Source of the DNA: Vicugna vicugna
Lineage: Eukaryota
DNA length: 64,000 nt
NCBI GenBank assembly: GCA_013265495.1
Contig: MU057947.1
Coordinates: 1,449,070-1,513,069 of the forward strand
Direction: 5' to 3'
A program made the position numbers and the translations under genes. The notes below the pieces were generated by a model, which worked only from the letters and a program-made list of their open reading frames with translations, ran no database searches and had not been told where the DNA came from. Shown in pieces: positions 49,044 to 61,400 of the stretch (the first letter of the stretch is position 1; the number at the start of each line of letters is the position of its first letter).

Positions 49044-52000
49044 AATATTCTAAAAATAAGCAGAAAGGGAAGATGCAGGCAGGTTTTGGAGATAAAAATG
49101 AAATAATTTGGAAGGGGATTCATCTTGAAGCTTTCTGGGACGTAAGGTCAATCAGAAGCTGAGTGCTGGGTCCGACACGGAGCGGAGCGAGTTCATTGTG
49201 GGTGGCGTCTCCCGGGTCCTGGATGGCGAGGGCTCTGGCTGGGGCCTGAGGACGGAGTGGAGCCGGTGGTGAGGGAGGCGGAGAGTCCAGAGGTGGATCT
49301 GAGTGTCTGTCTTCAGCCATGACCTCCCCGACGGCTTTCTGCAGAGGCTGCTGAACCCCGCCATGCTTCCTGCCCACAGGCACCTGCTGACGTCTCCGGC
49401 CCTGGGACCCGCCCTGGGGGTGAACGAGGGGGTGGGCAAGCCCATTCAGTGCCCTCCGTGGGCAAGGCGTGCATCCAGTGACCTCTGTGGTGCTCAGGGA
49501 AAGCCATGTGAGCGTTCCGCTTTGAGGTGAGGAGGCTGACGCCCAGGGCGGCTGTGTAACTCGTCCAGGGTCATGCGGGGAGCAGTGTTGCCAGCACCAA
49601 GCACAGCGAGCCCCGTCCAACCTACGCGTGCCAGGTGGGGCTGTCCTGTCCAGGAGCCGCGCTTCCTCTCCGGGGCCCCTGCCTTGGACAAGACATACTG
49701 TCTCCCCTCCAGTTCCCTGCTGGAGGCCTCTTCTCAGTTCACTTCTCTTCAGCCATTGTAACGGGCTGCCCCGTAAACGCAGGTGCCATCCCTGAATGGG
49801 CTGTGCGTCCACCTGCCAGGAGCAGCCCTGCTATTTCTGTGCACAAGTAAAATAAACAATGGCTTTATCGTTGGACAGATCTGAGATAAAGTCCCAGGCC
49901 TGCAAATCACAAACTGGGAATTCGGACGAGTTACTCGTCACGTGCGGGACTTGTTGCCCTGTGTGTAGATGGGGACCGCGTCCTCTCGGAGCTCTGTGAG
50001 TGTTTACCAAAACGGGATACAGATCCTGGGACTCGGCGCCCGCATGCAGCACATGCTCAGTGCGTGCACGCTTTGCTGTTCATGCTGGAGTGAAGCCTCG
50101 TCATCACCCACAGCATATGGAGGCTCTGAGACCCGTCATAAAACTGTCAGGCGGGTGCGCACTGTAGCTCAAACGAGAATACGTGTGTGCGCGGGCATTC
50201 TTTGTGCCAGAGGCACACTCAGCTGACATATGTCTGAAATACAACATTTGCAAGTAGAATGACACTTTAAAAAACTTCACAATAAATATTTTGTTTTTTG
50301 TTTACTGCGCAGGACGGACGATTTCCGCTCTCCGCTGTCTGTGCTACATCAGTTCCCATTAGCATGGAACACACTAAGAGGCTCATTATTCTCCAAAAGC
50401 CCTCTGGTGATGATCGATGGGTCTCTGTTCATTTCAAAGCAGGTGAAGAAGATCCCATGGTCTCAGAGTACCTCTGGGGCAAGGAAGGAGAGGTCGAGGC
50501 AGAGAGACTGGGAGCCGACAAGTGGGAATTGAGCAGCCACTGTGTGTTAAGCGCTGCGTGGACACTGTGACGGGAGGGAGGCTGCAGAGACGCAGACCCT
50601 GCCCCCGGGATGCTCACGGTGTCGAGGGACACCCTCAAGGCTGTGAGTGGAGAGCAGTGAGGGGGGATCATTCGGATGGGAGCCCTGCTCGTCAGTGTGT
50701 TTCCAGGGGCCAGTTACCTGCTGACCCCTGCAGCCCTGCCACGGGGCTTCCTGTGGATGCATGAAATGCCAGCCCCTCCCGAGACGCACCTCTGACAGGC
50801 GCAGGTGGACGGCCGGTGTTTGTCCTGGAAACAGAACCACTGGGAGAGGTGAGCGGGTTCGTTGTCAGGGTCAGACTGCCCACAGTGGTGGCTGCAGGTG
50901 GAGGAGGCGGCGCTGGGCTGTTGCTTCTGCGTCCGGCTTGGACCCCGAGTCACGTCAGGTCCCCGGGCCAGCGCTTGGAGAGGAAAGCTGGACTGAGTCG
51001 GGAGAAGGCAAGGGTGAGGGAGAGTCCAGCAGGGCATCCGGCCCCTGTGTCCTCCCCTCGCCTCCTCCGGCCTCCGGGGCACGTGTCCGAGAGGCTTGGG
51101 CCGCAGTCCTGGAGCTGCACACGCGCTGCCCAGGACTCGGGGAGCGGAGGAGAGCATTCACCGGCATCTAAAAGGGTCTGCAGGCCTGGGGACTCCTGTG
51201 CGCCAGGGGCCTCAGTGCCCGGCACCCACGTCAGCCCTGGGAGCGCTGGAGGAGCTGCCGTTTCACCCCGTCTGTGGCCGGCCTGACCCTGCCCTCCCGG
51301 AAGGCTGCCGGAGAAGCTGGCAGAGTGCAGGCCAGCCCAGCAGACAGACGCTGGCCAAGCACCACTCTGAAAAGAGCCTTCAAACTTTCTTTTTACTGCT
51401 TTACCAATTGACAAGTGGAATTCTAAGCTAAGGAAATAATTCTAAATAAAGAGAAACACAACAGTTTCGTCAGGGCCCAGTAACAGAGGAACGGCTAAAT
51501 CAATGAATCACTGATTCAATTCACTGAAGGAAGTATTACGAATCCACTGAAAACATTTTTGCAGAGCGCAGCGATATGGAAAAAAAATGCCTGCTATGAT
51601 GTAAAGTCACACACACAATTTCACACGCAGTATGAACACGGCTCTGCAGAAAAGAAACTTTACATAAACAGAGAAAGGGGTGTTCTGGCTCCTAAGCAAC
51701 GGTAGCGAAGCTTCAACCTGGCCCTCGGCCCACAGTCCAGACCCATCAGAGATCAGCTCAGAGCAACGGCGCGTCTCAGTTCCGCCTGGAGCGGAGCAGG
51801 GGCAGAGCACGAGGGCCGTCACAGGACACGGAGCAGGAAGGTGACCACCCACGTCCTGGAGCCCCGGGGCCGCCCGCTGCCGGGAGACCCTGCACAGGGA
51901 AGAAGAGAGGGCAGCAGGGCTCTGCGGCCGTGGAAATAGGGGCCCCACCCAGAGAGGGAAGCCCTAAAGCGGGTGGGTCTGCAGGGTCGAGCGCGGCCGC

Positions 52001-52419
52001 CGGAGAAGCCCGGGAAAGCAGCTTGGAGTTGTGTGGACCAGAAGAGCCAGGTGTGGGGACCACTGATGCTCCGGGGCAGGGGTGGCTCGGGACGAGGACA
52101 CACGTGGTAGGGGGGATAGTGGGCGGGGTGACAAGGCAACGAGGTTGCTGGGGATGCAAAAACAAGCAAATAACAAAGGTTTTTTCTTTTTCTTTTTAAT
52201 TGGGAGATACATCAAAACCTACCCCTATTTCCCCCCCCCAAAGGAGCATCCCGGATTAGAGCGAATGTACCTCGTTACACGTGGAGAGGCAGGTGCTCTT
52301 GAACTGAGCATCCCGCGAGGCCCCACACCCCCCTCCCTGCCGCTGTCATCCCCAGGCCACCAGGGCCGAGAAATAAGGCTCCCAGCTGAAGAGCAAGGCG
52401 GGGAGCAGGTCCAAATCGG

Positions 52420-54560
52420 AACACGCACAGCAGAATAAAGCCATAGCACCTGTCAGCCTGAGGGAATTGTTCTTAAACAAGCAATTCATAGGGTGAAAAC
52501 ACACACTGAGTCTGAATTTCAAAAACTCAGAGTAGGAATGGACAAAACTCTGAAGATACATGAAAAAAAAAAAAGAGCAGATGTAACCTGGGGATGAAAC
52601 TGGCTCAAAGCCAAACGCCCCCTACGGGCAGAGACGGACTCGCCGGCCGCAGCGGACGCGGGCGGTTGGAAAGGCGGCGCGGGTTGTGAGCAGGCCTTGC
52701 AAGTAGACAGGAGAGTGAATGACGATACAGGAAGAGGGCAAGGACCATGAAAACACAGTGGAAGCCAGAGACGAGCAAAACCCCCGAAGCCCGACAGCCC
52801 GTGTCTGATGGGGGATCTCCCTAAAGATGAACGCGCGCAAGCCGCAGACTCGGCCCTTGAGCTGAGACCCGTGAAGGCCCCCGCCCTCGGGGGAAGAACC
52901 CGGGAAGACCGGCTGGGGGGCCACCCCAGGAGGGTGTCTGAGGCCTTGACAGCAAGACAAGAGCGGAACCTCACCCGAGGAGCCCCGTGCGTTACCCCGT
53001 GTGGGTTACGTCCGGCAGAACCACAGGAGCACGCCTGCCGCCGAAGGGGAGCTGGGTATGGCCGTGACCGACTGAGGAATGACTGGGGGAGTTCAGCCGT
53101 GGGGCTGGTGGTGGGCACTGAATACGTGTCTGCACCCCCAAAACTCAAAGGAGGCTGGGGGCAACGGTACATGGTGGGGTGCGGATGTGACGTGTTCTGG
53201 AAAAATGACACAAGTGAAAAGAGCCAAGGAAGAAAGGAAAGGGGGCGTCAGGCAGGCTCATTGATTCTACATCAGCACGAAGCGGGAGTCAAAGGTAGCA
53301 CATTTCAGGCTGACCCTCCGGAGGGCGGCATCCTGTGAAGGCAGAGGGGACTCGGCGTGAGAGAGGAGACCGGCTGGAGGGCGTCACAGAGCAGACGGGC
53401 CGCCCCACACGCGGAGGAGGTGTGTTTTCAGTGAAAGAGAAAACTGACCACACATGGAAAGAAGCCCAGCAAACACCCCGCCGAACGCCCTTCGTGTGTC
53501 AGCGATACGACCGAGCACGTCCGCCGTCTCAGCAAACGTCACTGGGACTGTTTCACCGGCTGGAAGGTCTTCAAATGGGCCCCAGGGGGGAAGAACCCAG
53601 CTCTGTGTGGTATACAAACACCATGCTCAGTGATTCAGAAAGGCTAAGTAATTAATAATAACAATAATAATAATTATAATAATAATAATGCAATTAGACA
53701 AAAACGTATCAGGCAAAGAGAAAGAGAAGCGCGGGGATTATGCTCCTGGCACTCTGCAAGGCAGGTGGAAGTCAGGTCCCCCTAAATAAATGTCACAGAG
53801 GAAAACATCCCACATGATAGACGCTGCTTTTCAAAACGGAGAAGCAACAGTTGTGGGGGGACGTACCCCAGAACCCAGCAACCACCTTCATCATGAAAAG
53901 CCTGTAGGAGATGTAAAGACAGCAGGAGCAGCCCATCCTAGGAGAATTTATTATCTTGTTCTGAGTCTAAGGCTAGTCAAGCGGATTAAAAAAACAAGTG
54001 AAAATATGAAACTAATGCAACCTGCAAGGCAGAGTGCATGAGCACATACCGGAATTCACAGCTTAGTCACGGAACTTTCACCAAAATTAACCAAACGTTA
54101 GGTCACCAAGCAAGCGCCACGTGGTTCCTTAAAAATAACGTGAGCAGCGTTTGCTGACCACAGAGCAGTAAAACTGGTAATTAATGATGCGCTTGCTAAA
54201 CAGATCCTTCTGGAGATTTAGAAACTCTCCACGAAACAACTCTTTGGGGAAGGGATGTGCAACCCCACACGGCAGGACTTTGAAACAGTAAAGGTAACAA
54301 GAGCACCACACACCAGAGTCCGTGGGACACAGTGGAAACAGTGATCAGATGAAGAGCCACAGCACTAGACGTGACTGAAGAGAAAAAACCCAGATAAAAG
54401 TAACTTGAAATGCTAGAAACAGAGTAACAAAGCCAACCCAGAGGAGGAACACCACGATGGAAGCACAGATCAACTGCAGAAAACGAAGCGAGGACTGTGG
54501 AGATAAACAAAAATGCCGGCTCGTCCACGAACCGACCAGGGAACCCGAGTGTAAGAAGAG
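52420..54560 (+). mobile_element. Ancient L1M-type remnant (ORF1 end, inter-ORF region, ORF2 endonuclease start), heavily GC-shifted
   Basis: Residual anchors: acagtggaagccagaga (ORF1 end); aacccagctctgtgtggtatacaa..agtgattcagaaagg..tatcaggcaaa..aagcgcgggg (ORF2 start); a purine-rich coiled-coil-like stretch at 54350-54520. Confidence 0.6.
53647..53690. repeat. (AAT)n microsatellite
   Basis: taattaataataacaataataataattataataataataatg. Confidence 0.9.
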
Positions 54561-55434
54561 GATGGAAACCTGCAGAGGAGGAGAGGAGGGCGAGCTGAGC
54601 GCCTGAGTGACCGCGAGTGCAGCTGCCCGGCCCGGGTGCCCGGGTGCCCCCTTTCCGCAGGCCCGCGGAGCCCAGCCTGGATCTCTGTCCGCTTCTGTGG
54701 GTCCTTCTGCGGAAGCACAATGAAATGCTTCCGGTCGTTTGCGATAAGATGCTGTTTTGTTCTTCTGGTGCCAAACCACCATGACTAAACCGGGCAGGTG
54801 TGGAACTACACACAGTCTCCCGTCCACCTCTCCCTGGACCACCCCCCACCCCAACCATCCCTCCTCTGACCTGCAGATGCTGGTGCCAGGCTCACTGCCA
54901 TCAGCATTCTAGACTCTTGCCCCCGCACCTTGCCCGCCACTCCACACTCACTCACACATTTGCACAGGCGCCAGGGCACACGAGAGAGGGCAACCCCACA
55001 GGCGCCTTCGCCAGGACTCCCCGCACTCGGGAATAAATGAGACGCAACGTCGGACTTCGGTCCCAGACGGGCTGAGGAGCCCGTTCTGTTCTGCATCACT
55101 CCGCTTTCAAAGCTTGTGCTGTATCTGAGACTCACCTTCATCGAATATGGAAATTAAATACCTACCAAGAGTGGGCGCCCGTGTTGAAAGACTGGTAAAT
55201 CGCCTTTTACTGTGCATTGAATTGTATGGACCCACAGAATAGGCGCTGTGGTTGTAACCAGTTGCCTGGTAACTCACTGAAAACCCTCTCTGCACGAGAC
55301 AGCAATTAACTCACTGTAATGAGATCACGATCTGACTGGGGGAGTTGAGGTGACTTGCATTCTGTCCATGTCTCTGCTCACAAGAAGGCTCAGAGCACCT
55401 GCAGGGAGGTCGGGTTGGGGACACGTGGAGGGGC

Positions 55435-55545
55435 CGCAGACTCGGAATCAGGGGCTGACCTCCAACCCCGTTCCACCTGCTGTTAGCCGAGCGACGCTTG
55501 TAACCGGTCTCACCTCTCCGGACCTCAGTTCTCCAGTGACAGCAG
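55435..55545 (+). mobile_element. MIR fragment
   Basis: ctccaaccccgttccacc..gttagccgagcgac..cacctctccggacctcagttctcc. Confidence 0.5.
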
Positions 55546-57129
55546 CAGTCTAGTTAGACTTCCTCTGTGAGCGTTTGCGGCTCTGATGGCCCACTCTTCC
55601 TCAAACCTCAGCTGGGAAGGCTGAGAGTAAAAGCTGTCGATTGACTTAAATACAGATCCTGTCTTACAGTCCCCAGCTCTGAGCAGGCTGGCTGTCATGG
55701 CGCTGAGCTTCGGGCGAGGGGACGTGGGAGCACAGGGCGTGGGCCCCGGGACTTCCAGCTTCAGAGACGCACAGGGCCCTGGTGTCAGTTCCTCTCTGTC
55801 GCCCAGCACCTGGCTGGCTTTAGCACTGACAGTCCCAGGCCCAGCGGGACGCTGTCAGCAGGAGCGCGCTGTCCAGGAGCGTGGGCGTGGCCGGTCCTCA
55901 CCTGCTCTGTAGACGTTTGTGGAGCCCCTGGTGGGGCAGACGGGCGTGGCCACAGCCCTGGGGGCTTCTACCCCGGGGCACCTTCACACTCCCCAGCCCC
56001 GGGGAAGCCCCGTGGGTGACGCCTCACAGCCTCCTCTGCCCCTGTTCTCCAGTCTTTGGCCACATGGCTCGTGTCTGGGAGTGTGCTGAACCCGCTGTTG
56101 CAGAAGGGCCTCTGTGCTTGCTGTTCCCCGCTGGGGGCGTGGCTCACCTCAAGTGTCCCCGCCCGGAGCGCCCAGCCAGCCCGCCTGGAGCCTTCCCTCC
56201 ACGCGCCTCCAGCCGCCCCTAGCTGAATGAGTTGTGTGTACTGCAAATATATCCTGCTTCTGTTTGCGCTTTGCTCTCCAAACGCTAGAGTGCGAGGCAG
56301 ATCGCAGAGGTGGCTTCTGCCTGTCTCCGCCCCGCGTCCGCGGCAGCCCCCTCCACGCGGGCTGCGGGAGTCCGTCTGTAAAGATTAGTTGAAAGAATGA
56401 GTTTGCTTAGTCTCATCTTCAGTTTGCAGGTTTCTTTACAAAGCCTGTTAATCAATCGCGGTTTCTCTGCCAGGCACACCTGATGCCTAAGATGGACTGG
56501 TGTGGGTCACCTGGTGGCGGTGTCTAATCTAGAGGTCCCTGCTTGTCACCAAAGCCTTGACCCATTTGCTCGACGCACGTGTCTGCAGAGATAAGGACCC
56601 GTAAGTAATGATATTAACTGAGAAGAGCCTGAGGACTGCCGGGGCAATCAGAGCAGCACCGAACACACACGGTGCCTCCCGTGGTGCACACCACGCTTTA
56701 GAAACGCCACATCACGTAACTCACAGACGAAACACACGTGTACAAGTGCTGAACCCTGGGCCACGGCAGCTGGGGCCCAGGGCTGCAGGAGCTCGGAGCA
56801 GAGCGTCCCCGTCCAGGGCGTCGCGCCCTGCACTCAGGGTGAACTGCACTCAGGCTCATTAACGGTTACCATCACTTCGTATGCCCAAGACTGGGACCAT
56901 CGGCGTGACAAGCCCTCCTTGTAAGGAGGAGATGGCTTGGCAGACACTCTGAGTGGCAAGGGAAGGTCCTGCTCGTGGCAGCCCCCTGCTTCCTTCCTGG
57001 GGTCTCAGGCCCGTCCCCGCCAACCCGTCCCCTCTCCCTGCGGGAGTGTGTCTGAAGTCACACAGCAGCTGCAGCGCCCGGGACGCCCCCACGCCCCACC
57101 CTAGCCACCGACACTGAACTCCTCGCCGA

Positions 57130-57480
57130 GATCACCCGTCTTCCCGCCGTGGCCCAGTGTGTCCTAGGCCTGTACGTCGGACCTTCCAAACTGGCGGTCA
57201 GTGTCCTTGTGCCATTTCTTTCATACCTTCATTGTTTCATCCTTCTTCTTTGAGCTGTGGCTGAATATCCCTGGAGCGTCTCGTACAACTTGATCTACCT
57301 CTGGTCTGCTGTGCACGGCTTCTGTTCCAGTTTTCAGTCGCACAGTCATGAGTTCTAACTGCTGTGCATTTTTTTCTTGGTTTCCTCTCCGTGTTTGCTT
57401 GCGCCGTGTCTGGAGATGGCACCACTCTGCTTCAGAAATATGGTGACCTAGTTTGTCTCTCGCAGTAAATGCTCTTTCGA
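57130..57480 (-). mobile_element. Possible ancient L1 ORF1-region remnant
   Basis: Pyrimidine-rich plus strand resembling antisense L1M ORF1. Highly degenerate. Confidence 0.35.
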
Positions 57481-58572
57481 GAAAGGGTTTCCTGGTTTTT
57501 CAGACAGTTCCCTTCCCCGTGAACTGCAGTGCCATGGGCTTGCTCTGGTGGGTTTTTAGATTCTTCTCCATGGTGCACCCACACATAGAGAAGTGAGCCA
57601 CACACGTGGGTCTGTCGTGGCTGTGGCTGCCCGCCCCAGGATCCCCTAGAATGTGTAAGAGTCCCTGCCGTTGACACCACAGGCTCTCACAGTCCTTCTT
57701 GCTCCTCCGCCTCTGGCCGAGCCCCTGGGGGCTTCCTACGGAGGATGCCACCCGGCACACGGCTGCCCTGGCACAGCAGCTCCGCAGATGTGTTCAGGGT
57801 GTTGGTGATTCATGTGAGGACCAGATCCCCCTTGGGCTGCTGTTTGCCCAGGAGTTTAACGCTCTTTCTTCAGTCCTCGAATGAGCCTTCTGAGACAGCT
57901 CCTACCCACTGGCCGCCCGTGCACAAGCTTCCCCCTCAGTGGGCGTTGTGTCCGCAAGCCCCTGCTGTGTGCTCAGGGCTGAAGACCCAAAGCTGGGTCA
58001 AGTGCAGTCTCCTGGCCTTGAGAGGAAGAGCCATCTTCTGGTTGCTCTTCCTGCCAACAGTGAACAATCCCATTTGCTAACGGTGACGGATGAAGGTTGG
58101 AAAAGTCACCTCCCGGGTGTTGCCTGAAGTAAGCTTGGAGATAAGTCACGGCGTCCTGCCTCCCGCCCCGCCCTGAGCCTGGCTGCGCTGTGCGCCGGTC
58201 ACAGCGCCTCCCCAGCCTGTCCCGACCCGCCTGCCCTCGCAGAGACCTCTCTCACAGATGCTCACGAGCCTGCTGCTGGGGAAATGGAGTTCCCTTATGG
58301 CAAATGACTTTTTGTCATATTTTCTCTCTCTTTTTTAACAGTGAAAGTCAGGTTCTTTTTTTTTGTTTTCTCAATAGAGTAAAATCTGGAACATGAGGCC
58401 ATGAAAGTTCATGTAACTAGGGAAGGTGAGAGGCCCTCGGCCTCCTCCTCTCCACCCGTATTTCCTACTGAAGGGAGATTTTGCATCAGAATTTTGAGCC
58501 ACTGACAACTCTGACCCGACTCCTTTCACATGGGGAGAACGTGAACTTTACTGTGTGGGATTCGACTGAGAT

Positions 58573-59293
58573 TCTTTTTTTAATTTTATTTTTGTTGAAG
58601 TGTGTTTGTTAGATTTATAGTATTACTTTCAGGTACACAGCAGAGTGATGATACATATTCAGTTGTACGTATATATACACATATATTTTCTTCTCTGATT
58701 CTTTTCCATTATATGTTATTACAAGAAATGGAATATAGTTCCCTGTGCTGTATGGTAGGTCCTTGCTGTTTATCTATTTTGTATACAGTAACATGTATCT
58801 GTTAATCCCAAACTCCTAATTTTTCCCTCCCCCGCTCTTTTCCCTTTGATGACCATAAGTTTGTTTTCTATGTCTGTCTGTTTTTCATTTATAAATAGAA
58901 TTTGTATCTTTTTTTTAGATTCCACGTGTAAGTGATATCATAGAATATTTGTCTTTCTTTGTCTGATTTACTTCACTTAAAATGATCATCTCTAGGTCCA
59001 TCCATGTTGCTGCAAATGGCATTATTTCATTCTTTTTTATGGCTGAGTAGTATTCCATTGTATAAATATACCACAGCTTCTTTTTATCCAGTCATCTTTT
59101 GCTGGACACTTAGGTTGCTTCCACGTCTTGGCTCTTGTAAATAGTGCTGCTGTGAACATTGGGGTGCATGTGTCTTTTCTAGTTAGAGTTTCCCCCAGAT
59201 ATACGCCCAGGAGCAGGATTGCTGGATCACATGCTGAGTCTATTTTAGTTTTTTAAGGAACCTCCACACTGTCCTCCATAGTGGCTGCACCAG
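58573..59293 (-). mobile_element. LINE-1 3' end (5'-truncated)
   Basis: T-tail, then ttgaagtgtg..tttcaggtacacagc..ggtccatccatgttgctgcaaatggcattatttcattc..gctgctgtgaacattggggtgcatg..agtggctgcacca. Colinear with the 88-1003 copy. Confidence 0.95.
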
Positions 59294-59487
59294 AGCCTTT
59301 TTAAAAAAATGGGAGAATATTCTTGGTAATAACTTACTTCACCCAGATATTTGGACCTTAGAAACCTACATCAGAGACATGGTGTCATGTTCTTAGAAGG
59401 TGCCCAGTGAACAGTAGATGTTCTCAGCCCAGTACTTCGTTTCAGCAGAACGGACACCGAGTGGGAACTGGGCAAAGTGAGTCTCTG

Positions 59488-59531
59488 CTAGGAGGGGGCG
59501 CTGTAAGCCCAGGTCCCAGGAGGGGGCAGTC
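59488..59531 (+). promoter_or_regulatory. Tandem CTCF-like motifs
   Basis: CTAGGAGGGGGCGCTG (59488-59503) and CCAGGAGGGGGCAGTC (59516-59531), each 14/16 to CCASYAGRKGGCRSYR. Confidence 0.45.
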
Positions 59532-60534
59532 ACGCCTCTCATCCACTCCTGGGCAGTTGGGAGGGGCCCTGATAGGTCTGCTTGGCATAGAAGGTTGGCT
59601 CCCTGTTTCGGAGGAAGCAGGTTCCCCCCAGATTGAGGGCTGGTGAGCGTGGAGAAGAGCACAGCGTGGACCTGGGGGAGGAACTGGCGCCAGATAGCTG
59701 TGCTGTGTTTTTGGATTTGATCCTGATTGAGTTTCCTCCTGCAGGTCCTCTCTGGTTTATATTCTGGCCTTTTCAGGATATTTGGACAAAGATATTTTCT
59801 TGCTGCTGACTCTTTCCATCAAAAGGGGTTTATAAACTCCTTCCAACACCAAAATTCTGAGAAATGCCAGAACTGATACATGCAAGCAGGCATACGCCAA
59901 TTACCTTCTCCATGTGAGAATACAAGAGACAGAAGGTAAGCCCCTCTCCCACGCCTTGTTCTGGTGATGAGTGATGATGATGTATTTAGTTCGTGCCTCT
60001 AACCGTGCGTGGACTTGTCTCTACACAGTGGCTTGTTTTTAATAACTCCATCTGACTTTGTACTTGTGGGGCAGGGATGGTATGAATTATTGCTACAATT
60101 CACCCTTAATAAAAGCAATTAACAGATGGCTATGAAGACCCACCCACGCGTCACTTTGGGGTGGGAGGAGTTTGCACAGCCAGTGACCAAGCGGCCATCA
60201 CTCTAGGGGTGACGTTGGACCTGCACGTTTGGCCTCTCTGTTCTCCCCCCTCAGCCTGTGTCTCCTTCTGTGCCCCGGGAACTGGGGCGGGTGCTGGTGG
60301 AGCTGGGGAGGAAAGGGGGCCCTTGTCCTTTGCTCCGGTGAGGGATGTAACAAAGCAGAAGCCGGAAAGCTGAGCTGTGCCAGGACCTTGCTTGATACTC
60401 TGAGGTGCCAGAAGACGGTCCTCTCCTGAAGGAGGGGGGACACTGTCTGCAAGTGGACTTCGAGCTGATGCCAAGACAGTCTGCAGGGTTGCCCCGTACG
60501 AAGCCCACCAGGCACCGTGGGCAGACCTCACCAC

Positions 60535-60655
60535 GTCCACCACGCACAGGGAGGGACTGAGGCTCGGAGAGGTTTGGAGAAAGCACCGGACTCATGTAGT
60601 TAGCGCTGGGATTTGGAACCTGGGCTCCCTGACGTGAAAACCCACGCCCTTCCCC
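60535..60655 (-). mobile_element. MIR fragment
   Basis: gagggactgaggctcggagaggtt..agttagcgctgggatttggaacctgg..ctgac. Confidence 0.65.
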
Positions 60656-60849
60656 TCCACCCGCTGCGGTGCATGAGAAGGTGGGAAGTGACTTGGTCAA
60701 GGGGAACTGGAGCCCGGATGAGCCGCTGCGATGCCTGGGGGACACCGCTCCACCCAGGCAGCCCGTCCCCCTGGCCTGGCAGAATCACATCTGCAGAGAG
60801 AGGAACGTTTGAGGACATGTGCCTAACGTAGAAGGCCCCAGAACACCCA

Positions 60850-61400
60850 GAATGGCGCGTGCTGTAATCTCGAAAAAGGGGCGACTGGCCCTGCCAGACA
60901 CAACAGCTGAGCGAGGCCCTTAGGGGTTCTGGGACGATGCTACAGTGAATTCTTTAAGAGTGTGCATTGTAACACCTTATCGAAAAGGAATAAAATGAGC
61001 TCACTAAGTGCAGGGCAAGCCAGATGTAACTTTAATCTTTGAGGAAGGAGTCACGGAAACCTCGGAGCCCAGCTGGGACACAGGGATCCACCTCCTCAGG
61101 CATCAGTCCCTGGAAGGACCAGAAGCTTCCCCTGAAGGACAGAAGAAAGGACCAAGGATGTGTAGAAAGAGACAAGCGAGGAAGCTCAAAGGCCTGATCT
61201 CAAAAACCCAAAGGGCTGCCGTTGATTTATTCCCCAGAGCCCATCGACCAATGGGCGGAAATGACAGGGAAACAGATCACTTAATTCAGAAATCAGTTTT
61301 CTAGCGCACAGATGTCTCTTGCTGGCAAAGATGCCTGTCATCACAGAGGATCAAGCAAAGGATCGAAGACCGTTGCCCGTCAGGGATGCTTCCCAGGGAG
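60850..61400 (+). mobile_element. Possible ancient L1 ORF2 fragments
   Basis: Weak anchors gactggccctgccagaca and ccaatgggcggaaatgac..aaagatgcc. Confidence 0.35.

Noticed and set aside
49120..49812. 230-aa minus-strand ORF whose C-terminus looked like a terminal exon
   Set aside because: GTG start, two frames equally open after the putative acceptor, no recognisable protein and no linked upstream coding exons.
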